DNA of 63,155 nucleotides, filler included, from Lenisia limosa (Eukaryota > Protista > Breviatea), in assembly GCA_001655205.1 (NCBI GenBank). It is 5 parts of 5 records of this genome, joined end to end, with 100 filler letters (N's around TTAATTAATTAA, not from the genome) between each part and the next. Parts side by side here need not be neighbours in the genome. Positions count along the whole stretch, not along the records: positions 53,883 to 60,288 come from LPNZ01007970.1; positions 60,389 to 61,601 come from LPNZ01001902.1; positions 61,702 to 63,155 come from LPNZ01002936.1; 2 more parts are not named here. One strand, written 5' to 3'. Shown piece after piece: positions 54,013 through 63,155 of this stretch. The notes below the pieces were generated by a model, which did not search any database, was not told where the DNA came from, and was given only the letters and a program-made list of their open reading frames with translations. Made by a program: the position numbers and the translations under genes. How positions within the stretch are numbered: position 1 is the stretch's first letter; each line of letters starts with the position of its first letter.

Positions 54013-57000
54013 GCATCAGAAGAGCTGTCAGCCCTGTTCATCAGTCTTCGGAGAAACCCCATGCCATGTCTCACCACCGTCAATATACAGGTCTGGGGGT
54101 GAAATACAAGTCTTGGGGCGGCTATTCAAAATATTGCATTGAGATCTCCGAAAGTTGACTCTCGTAGGCGGTCCTTCTGCCTTTTAAGACTGCGAAGGAG
54201 CTGGGCTCGTTCATAGCTGGTAGGTCAAGGAAGCTTGCTTGTTTGCGCAAGGGCTTTCCTGATTTCTTTCGTAAGATAACGGGGTCACTCCTTCAATGAA
54301 TATCGTAGGTATTTCAGGTTTCTTCTTTGTCCGTAGGCTGTTGATAAAGGTATTATTCACTCACCGCAATTGTGTTCGTTTTTGTTTCATCTTCCATCTT
54401 ACTCAAAATATTTTTACATGGTTTCAAAGCGAAGGCAAATAATGGGGTGAGTCGATATGACTCAATAACCTTGATGGTGTCCTATCCCAGATAATCATGT
54501 AGCACACACCACAATTGCGACGGTCAGTATCACTTCCTGCGAAATGATGCCTGAACCGGCCGAGGCGTTTGTAGCGTCTTGGTTTCAGACTAGAAAAGCT
54601 CTAAAGGTAAGCCCCCCCTCTTGCATCAAATTGTTTTAGAAGCCGATATGTGTTTAACAACAGTTTTATTAGAATATCAAACCAGTGTAATCATATTGTA
54701 AAATTAATACTATGTGGTTACAATATGGAATGGGATTCATGGAGTTCGTACTGGGCGGTGATTTAAAAGAGAATAAGCCCCTTAGGCTGCTCTTTTTATA
54801 TCCCTTACCCCTTACCAATCCTTCTCCTCCCTTACCTCCACTACTTCCAGATGAAGGCGACACCGAAGCTCTCCTCCATTGACCTCAACGACAACTTCAT
54901 CGGAGACCGCGGGGCTAGAGGTACGTCAGAGGATATCAGAGGGCGGTAAAGGGGTATATATGTTTGGGGAGGTATAGGGGGGCAGCTTCGGTCTGGTATA
55001 TAACCTTTTTCTAATCTCATATCCCACCCAATAGCGGTGGCAGCGTTCTTAGGTCCCGATCTTAACCTCCATCATCTGGACGTTTCAAAGAACTGTATTG
55101 CTGAGGACGGCTCTACTGCTCTTGCGGCAGCCTTGAAGGTGGACGGTTTTTTTGCTGGGGTTTTCTTTTCTTTTCTTTTCTTTTTCCTTTCTTCCTCTTC
55201 ATTTCCATCTTCCATTTTCTTTCATCTATGACATCACCCCAATGCATCCTATCACTTAACCTCAAAACCCAGACGTCCACTCTGAGCTCTATCAATCTGC
55301 GGTTCAATGACTTGGGAGACGAGGGTGCCCTAAGCCTGGCGGGAGGGCTTGCCGTGGCCCCCGCAATCACCTCGGTTGATATGGCTTCAAATAAGTGGGT
55401 CTTGGTTGATATGGCTTCAAATAAGTGGGTCTTNNNNNNNNNNNNNNNNNNNNNNNNNNNNNNNNNNNNNNNNNNNNNNNNNNNNNNNNNNNNNNNNNNN
55501 NNNNNNNNNNNNNNNNNNNNNNNNNNNNNNNNNNNNNNNNNNNNNNNNNNNNNNNNNNNNNNNNNNNNNNNNNNNNNNNNNNNNNNNNNNNNNNNNNNNN
55601 NNNNNNNNNNNNNNNNNNNNNNNNNNNNNNNNNNNNNNNNNNNNNNNNNNNNNNNNNNNNNNNNNNNNNNNNNNNNNNNNNNNNNNNNNNNNNNNNNNNN
55701 NNNNNNNNNNNNNNNNNNNNNNNNNNNNNNNNAGCGCCCCACATCTCAGGACTATCAATTTGCGCTCTAATCCACTTGGTGGAGGGGATCTGCTATTCTT
55801 CTCTATCGCTTGATCATTCATCTTTTCTTTCGCATCCTTATACATAGTATAGTCTTATTCAGATACTCACAACAATGTAGGTGACAGTGCAGCCTATAGC
55901 CTTGGCCTTGGGCTGAACAGGTTGGGGGGGGGGGGTNNNNNNNNNNNNNNNNNNNNNNNNNNNNNNNNNNNNNNNNNNNNNNNNNNNNNNNNNNNNNNNN
56001 NNNNNNATGTTTGTGCTTAAATGGGATCCAAGGATTTTAATGGGATCTGAGGGTGTGACGTTTGATAAAGCTGGTCATAATCTAAAAATGAGGAATTCTG
56101 ACAAATAAATCCGCTATTTTCATCTGTCACATCAATCATAACACTAATACCAGGTCCCCCTGCGAGGAGATTTGCCTTGGCAACTCCGGAGTTTCGAGTG
56201 AAGGACTCGGGGCTCTGCTAGAGGCGGCTAAAGACTCTCAAAACATCCAAAGGCTTGACGTGCAGGTGGGCTGACAATTTGGTTAACACCAATTTTGCAC
56301 TCTATTAAATTTCTTGATAATACCGTTCTCTAGGTCTTCAAATGGAAACAGTTAAAAAGTATCAATTTGCATATCATACTATGTTCAACTATATGATATG
56401 ATTTCAAGTACATATACTATGTATGTTTACACATTGTACATGTAATTCCGTGACTTCTGGGGTAGCTATATTTATCGGCCGTTTATTGTGTGATGAGGAT
56501 TCCAAACCACTCCAACCCTTCCAGAACATTCCTCTTGCCGGTCCTGGTGCAGCGGGCTTGGCCTCTTTCCTCCGCCATAATCGGTCTGTCCAACACCTCG
56601 TCTGTTCACTCGAAACCTGCAGTGAAGATGAGGTTGGGGGGGTTAGTGTTACATTCTCTGAAGCTGTGAAATCTTTGAAAATTTTTAGATGAAGTTGTCT
56701 TTTTACTAGTATTCAATATATTTCTCTTCTGACCACTCTCCCCCCCAGCAAGCCACAATTGCCTCAGCTCTTCGGAGCAACACCACTCTGACAGAAATGT
56801 GGTTACCAAATGAGGAAGTTTTAACAGCTGAAATCCGGTCTGCGATCGAAGACACTCTCCGGTTTAACCGCTATGTACAAGGTATGTGGGGAAAAAAGTC
56901 AAATAAGAAATATTGATGAAGGTGTTGGAAGAATGGTTCAATAGCCTCTTTGATACAATACCTGCTGTTCGGACTGGAACTTCCTGATTATGAAGGAATC

Positions 57001-60000
57001 GATGGCAAGCATGACACCAAAATAATGGACAGTGAAGAGCCCCAGCCCTCAACTCCTCCTAAAGTAGGCGGTTACATTCCATTTGTTTGATTTCTAATAA
57101 ATGTCCACTCTCATCCAATTCTCAACGTTCTCTGATCATAATGTACCCAATTCCTCCCTCAACCATATTTACTATCTCATCCCCTCCCCCNNNNNNNNNN
57201 NNNNNNNNNNNNNNNNNNNNNNNNNNNNNNNNNNNNNNNNNNNNNNNNNNNNNNNNNNNNNNNNNNNNNNNNNNNNNACCTTCCAAAACCCACGATGCTC
57301 CGTCCGAGCCTTCACAAACTCCTACGCAACATGATGATTATGACAGCTATCTGAGCGCTACTGAGCCTCGTACAGAGCCGAGCCGCTTAGATCCATCCGT
57401 CCAAATGGCCTACAACCCAGATCTTAAAGATCAAACGTACCAGGCTTCGTCAAAGGTAATAGTTGTAGGATATTCAGTTTGTAGTACTGGTAAAATCCTT
57501 GATGATCGTAAAAAAAACATTAATCTGCTCAGTCAACGTGATGTTCTCTGGCGTTGCCCTTAATTATTTAGGCCGCTTCCCGTGATGCCACCCTCAACAC
57601 CGCGCCACCAGCATCGGAACATCACTCCCTCCACACAGAACCGGACTATTTCTCCGATCCCTCTCTAGTGTCCGAAGGTCAGGAGTATATCGGCTACAAC
57701 CAAGCTGAGCCCGAATATCACCCGGACCAGCCATATAGTACCCAGATGGACGCGATAAATGCACCGTTACCGCCAAGTACTGTTGTTTCTCTTGCTAGGT
57801 TTGAGGACCCACTGTTTTGTCTGCCTCTATGGATTCTTTGTGGGTAGTATCTCACCTAATTGCGAAAATTAGTCTGTACTTATATATCATATATGATATG
57901 TATATACATGTTGGACCGACCCTATGATTAAAAGCGTGATTTCAGGCCTCCAGACCCCATATATGTATATACTAGTACATATATTTATTTTCGCAATTTG
58001 GGGTCAACAAATACCTCTTACAAATCTATGTTTTTCCATGGAATTTTTATAATCAATGTACTTGTTTCTAGAATTAAAATCTTAAATGTATATCATAGTT
58101 ATCGTATATTGTTTAATGGATGACTACTCTTACTCTACAATGGATATTTTCTCTAACCACAGCACCTCATTTCACCCATGTAGTAATGACGTCACCAGCA
58201 TCCCCCCTTCCCCCCTCCAAGAACCCAAAAAAGCATCCGGCATGACCAGTCAAAAATCGGCAGCAATTCCTCAACAACCCTCAAGTCCCTCTTCAACCCC
58301 CAAAACTCCTCGCAAGCCCCCCAGCGAAACTGTCATCCCTACGGAGCCGCACACNNNNNNNNNNNNNNNNNNNNNNNNNNNNNNNNNNNNNNNNNNNNNN
58401 NNNNNNNNNNNNNNNNNNNNNCCGCCCCGGCCCCCTCCAGTGGTGAAAACTCCACGTGAAACCCCAAGACATGATGATTCTGATAGAATCGAAGATTTAT
58501 CCGACCCACGGCCCTCCCCTTCATCGCTCTCCGACTTGTCCGCTTCCCCGCCCTCCAGTCCCGATACTACTCACCATGGCCTTCCGCAAAAGGAAAGTCC
58601 GAGTGTTGTAGGTCGCATTCCCGATATGGTAAGTGCGACAGAGGACAGTCACCACGACCATCGGCCGCCCTCAGCAAGATCATCAATTTCTCAGGTGAAG
58701 GGGGGTTGTATGAATTGTTTTTTTGGATTGACATTAATATATACACTATCGTCACTATCGCCATAATCATCATATCACCATCGACAACCCTACCATCCCC
58801 ATCATCACCACTATCACCATCACTACTATCCCTAACTGTTCAAGGTTGGTCAATTCCATCATGGGAAGCAAGAGGGTTTTGAACCCCGACACGGCGCTAT
58901 TTCTGAAGGAGGTGGTGGGAGGGGGGGTCAAGGAACTCTCTCAAATGGATGTTTTAATCATGCACTTCGTTTTGTGTTCAGGTTCATTAATTACAGAAAG
59001 CCCCATCATTCATTCCCTTAGGAGGACACGCAGCTTCGATTGTGAGCGAATCGGATGAGGCCGTCACAGCCCCTCCGCACGTCAATAGTTTCAGCCTTAG
59101 TGTTGAGGGTGAGGGATATGAAGATATTCCACTACACCCACTCCTACATTGTCGTTTTCTTCTTGAATCTTAACTCTATCACAGCCTCCTTCCGCTAGTT
59201 TTATCCTCTTTCTCCCATTATTACTGTTCATTCACTGTCTCCTCCTATTCGTTTTTACCGTTTCTCAATCTTATCATCCCTGTAATTCCCTTCAATTCCT
59301 TTTCCTGGAAAAGATATGGATTTATTGGGGGTTTAGTTTTTTGCGGTACAATTGTAACCCTCCTCCCCCCCCCCCCCCANNNNNNNNNNNNNNNNNNNNN
59401 NNNNNNNNNNNNNNNNNNNNNNNNNNNNNNNNNNGGGTACTCCGGATACCGACAGCCAATCTCCTGGTGGGTGGGGGTGGAAAGCGTGTAGTACGTAGTA
59501 AGTTGAATCGTCACAATATCAGCAAACAGGCAATGAATGATGGGTCCTTTCTCACGTTCCTCTTGCAGCAATGAATCGCGCCCAAGTCCCTGTCCTCCCA
59601 AAACTCCCCCTTCTTCCTGAAGTAGCCAACTATGAGCCTGTTCATCTCACTCAGGTTTGACAATTTTCAAACTTCTGTTTCTTTAATATCTCCTTTGTGT
59701 TGTGTTATAGTCCTTATTGCTGATCTCAACCGGTAATTTAGAATATAAACGCTTTTTTTGTTAAAATTATAGTAGTCAGCTCCATTATAATTGAGATAAA
59801 ACCAAAATAAAGTGCATCGCTAATATCCCAGAATGACCCGCAACCTAGTAGCCAGTGCTCTAGCGAGGCCTCCACTATCCGAAAATTGGTGGGTGGTTTT
59901 GGCAATTCCCAAAAAGTTTTTTTTTGGATTTAGGTTTCTTGTGCAGTCATCCGCCGGATCTCTATGAGCCTGGTTTCAATAGAATACTGCAAAAACAATT

Positions 60001-60185
60001 ATTTATATCATATGATCATAAATATTATTATATCCTTATTAAAACAAATTTCATACTTAGCCTCCCCCCCTCCTCTCCTGATATTCTTTAAGCCACCTCT
60101 ATCCCCTCGAATTCAACGTGTCGGTCCGTCTCCGCTACGCCGAATGTCACTCCCCATACAGAGCGACAGTATGAAGGGAGGATGA
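54013..60185 (+). CDS. 5'-partial ribonuclease-inhibitor-like LRR protein with Pro/Ser-rich tail
   Basis: LRR exons LSSIDLNDNFIGDRGA, LHHLDVSKNCIAEDGSTALAAAL, LSSINLRFNDLGDEGALSLA and LRTINLRSNPL. An in-frame link through exon 56944-57063 leads to a low-complexity P/S/T tail ending ...SMKGG*. Confidence 0.8.
55374..55433. repeat. 30-bp tandem duplication spanning an exon end and donor site, adjoining a gap
   Basis: ggttgatatggcttcaaataagtgggtctt, two copies. Confidence 0.95.
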
Positions 60186-60288
60186 CTCGATTATAACCTG
60201 CTTTTACTCTATGAGCAACACAATTTCAGATATACAGTATCAATTGTATTGTTGTCCTTTGTTGGTACGATGTTATATCAACACATCG

Positions 60289-60388
60289 NNNNNNNNNNNN
60301 NNNNNNNNNNNNNNNNNNNNNNNNNNNNNNNNTTAATTAATTAANNNNNNNNNNNNNNNNNNNNNNNNNNNNNNNNNNNNNNNNNNNN
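60289..60388. other. Artificial scaffold spacer
   Basis: N44-TTAATTAATTAA-N44. Confidence 0.97.
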
Positions 60389-61220
60389 CGCGCCGTTCAT
60401 GGATACGTGTTTGCTAGATGTCTTTTTTTTTTCGAGTCTTAAAACATATTTTACAAGAAAGGCAACACACAAGAGTTGTATCCTGAAACGGACTATTTAG
60501 GTTGCTCCTCTGCGTCCTCCTCCACGACCACGAAGTTGTTTTTCTAGGGATGAACACAAATATAAAGTCGCTGACTAGCTCAAAAATGACTTTAAATCGG
60601 GTTTTGGGCACTTTTTTTAAAAAAACACATTTAGATAAAAAAAACATCTATTTATGAACGGTGTGATATAGCCTATATTAAATTATATCAAGCTCTCTGT
60701 GTTCTAAACATAATATATACGTCNNNNNNNNNNNNNNNNNNNNNNNNNNNNNNNNNNNNNNNNNNNNNNNNNNNNNNNNNNNNNNNNNNNNNNNNNNNNN
60801 NNNNNNNNNNNNNNNNNNNNNNAGTTGATTTTGGGTAATTTTAAAAAACAATCCACCCCCCCACCCCATTATTGGTGTTTTGTTGATGTTTGTGTTTTTT
60901 AAAATTGGCCATTTACGCCCTCCAGGTAACTACGGTCGAAGCAGCGCGCAACCATGTCGTTATCCTTAGTAAAGAAATAGAGTAAAGCTGTATCTGTCTG
61001 TATTATCGATAAATCATGTTCTGTATTTGCATTCGGCCAAAATCTTTTTTCTTATTTCCAAATTGCTTTAATGGGGGTGACTTTGGTTGACATCTTTTAC
61101 TATCTTGTTTTACCCTGGATCCCCTCCTAAATTCGCCTTTAATTTGCCAGGGCGGACCTGGAGGGTATGCCTTTAGTTCCTCATTTCGACAATACTGTAA
61201 CATTGTAAGCAATCCCCGAA

Positions 61221-61298
61221 GCCCGTCCATACTATCACTATGAGATATTGGGTTATAGTAATTCACCCAATCATTTGCCTTACAACTCTGTGCACAGC
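61221..61298. repeat. Dispersed ~90-bp repeat, family H, copy 3
   Basis: gcccgtccatactatcactatgagatattgggttatagtaattcacccaatcatttgccttacaactctgtgcacagc. Confidence 0.85.
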
Positions 61299-61601
61299 TT
61301 TCGTAACATATTAAATGACGTTCCCCTCCACACCCAGCCCTTGGTATGGTATCAGAAAATATTAATACATCAACAGCGGTTTACAGCGGGTTAGTTAGCC
61401 ACTCAAGAAGCTGGCCGTAGAGCTTCTTTGTCTCGGGAATGACAACATACTCTACAATTTGGTTACAATAGTCTCAGGTTACAGTCTGCTTATGTGATTA
61501 CAATATACTCAAAATAAACCAAATCCAATAAAACAAGATTCCTCCTCTCACCATCAATCAGGGGCTTGACATGTTTATCAAAGTGGCTGCAGAACCTGGG
61601 G

Positions 61602-61701
61602 NNNNNNNNNNNNNNNNNNNNNNNNNNNNNNNNNNNNNNNNNNNNTTAATTAATTAANNNNNNNNNNNNNNNNNNNNNNNNNNNNNNNNNNNNNNNNNNN
61701 N
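61602..61701. other. Artificial scaffold spacer
   Basis: N44-TTAATTAATTAA-N44. Confidence 0.97.
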
Positions 61702-62099
61702 AATTTTCCAATTATACTCATCAGACCCCCAAGCTTTACACCAATATTCTTAATTGAAATACTTTCTTCGTTTTATACCCCAGTCCCCGAACTCGGCGCC
61801 CAACAGCGGCCGGCGTTTTGCCCCTCCCTCAGGTGCGGCAATTGAGAATAAAATACATAAACCTTGGGATACAAATATGAGAAATAGAAAATGATTAATT
61901 AGACACATAGTATCATTATTTTCGGCAAGATTTTAACTTTTGTTCATGCTTAACAATATGATCACTGTGATCGTAGTACTCATGGGGGATTCATCATTAT
62001 AACGATGGACTTGTCCAACAAAGCAACCTAATAAAAAGGATAGTAACATGGGCGAATCCTGGGGTATCGAAGTACCACGCATAGAAAAACTCAATATTT

Positions 62100-62810
62100 A
62101 GGGCCGCGCCCGTCCAACGCCACTCCTTATGGCACCCCGGTTGCCGCCTCCCCCCTCGCACAGCCCCAGCCAAAAGCACAAGTATGGGAGGGTTTATTTT
62201 GTGTGTTCTGGCTTGTTTTGTGTTTCAATCTATTCAGTTCGTATTTTGTTGTTCTCTCATAGATTTACACCCCTAGGAAACCATATTTTATTCAGAGAAA
62301 TTTCCTTTCTTGTACCCCCAGGAAGCTATATTTGAGTCATTTTCACCCTCCCCCCACAGAGTTGATTTTTGGGCTTTTTTTTGTTTATTAATTTCCCAAT
62401 TTTACCCCCCCCCCCCAGGAAGCGATTTTCAATGACGGGGCACTGGAGAAGGCGCCACCCCGACGCAAGACCTCCATCCACGGCCACCCCGACCCCTACT
62501 CCAGCTCGGCTATGGCGGGACAGGATAAGTCCGATTCTGACGTCGAAGGTATGGAGTTGTCATGGGATCATGAGATCATATAATTCTGAGGAGTTGTTGC
62601 CATAAAGGTATGGAGTTGTGATGGTGGGATCATATCCTGAGTTGCTTCCATAAAGGTAAGTGGAGTTGTGATGCTCATGTTTGCACTAAACAAGCTTGAA
62701 CAGGGATAGTCACTTAGACACTGTTTCACCATGCAGCCTTGAGTGACATCGACGAAATGACCGAAATGGGTGACCTTGATCTTGGCTCTATCAATGCGTC
62801 ATGGTGCAAT
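62100..62810 (+). CDS. Partial orphan gene (acidic/Pro-rich exons)
   Basis: GT-AG exons reading EAIFNDGALEKAPPRRKTS...DKSDSDVE-ALSDIDEMTEMGDLDLGSINAS; start and end not resolved. Confidence 0.4.
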
Positions 62811-63155
62811 AACAACGCTAAACGTAGGGGGTGCAACAACAACGCAGTAATACTATCATCCCAATAACCCTCAAAACACCCCATATAGTATATCGATATC
62901 ATATCATATTATATATATAATTTTTATGATACATACCTCCCCACACCGTACTCTGTACATATCAAATCTATACAGTGATTGGGATAGGTCGATGGGTTTG
63001 CTATATGATTTCCCAAGGAGAATCGGTCAAGACTTATCCCGGTCGGTGTGCATACACCCATATGAGAGTGTAAAGATACCCCGGCCCTGCTATGTTTATG
63101 TACATGTAGCTGTACATCCCATGCCCTACAAACCAAAGTTATTATTTTTACCCTC

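Noticed and set aside
60410-60910. Short inverted repeats (aattttaaaaaaca/tgttttttaaaatt at 60838-60905; tagatgtc-T-run/A-run-catcta at 60416-60650)
   Set aside because: Dominated by A/T homopolymers on a small fragment between gaps, with no second copy in the window; insufficient to call an element.

Overview
Intron-rich nuclear DNA from a eukaryote that uses the standard genetic code and GT-AG introns. It is probably a flagellated unicellular opisthokont or close relative; this is inferred from VAC8, a KIF28P-type kinesin-3, IFT27 and apicortin. The window is a draft pseudomolecule. Four artificial 100-bp spacers (44N-TTAATTAATTAA-44N) join at least five unrelated scaffolds, and many other N gaps sit at G/C homopolymers. 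By hand-splicing exons I support about 18 protein-coding loci. These are a TNFR-like Cys-repeat gene, two NADP-GDH paralogs flanking apicortin, IFT27, two paralogous secreted Sushi-like+RCC1 proteins, a secreted fibrinogen-like protein, ataxin-10, a CaaX-anchored disordered protein, RAE1, a KIF28P-like kinesin-3, a DEAH helicase, a tropinone-reductase-like SDR, VAC8, a DIPP-type Nudix hydrolase, an RNI-like LRR protein and a few orphans. No rRNA, tRNA or CRISPR was recognised. The most notable items are the secreted RCC1 family with a shared unrecognised N-terminal motif, apicortin (with an apparent frameshift), one-module-per-exon Cys repeats, polarised G-run/C-run introns, 32-40 nt introns and three families of small palindromic or dispersed repeats. 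No single dramatic new system is proven. All homology calls come from motif recognition, not database searches.
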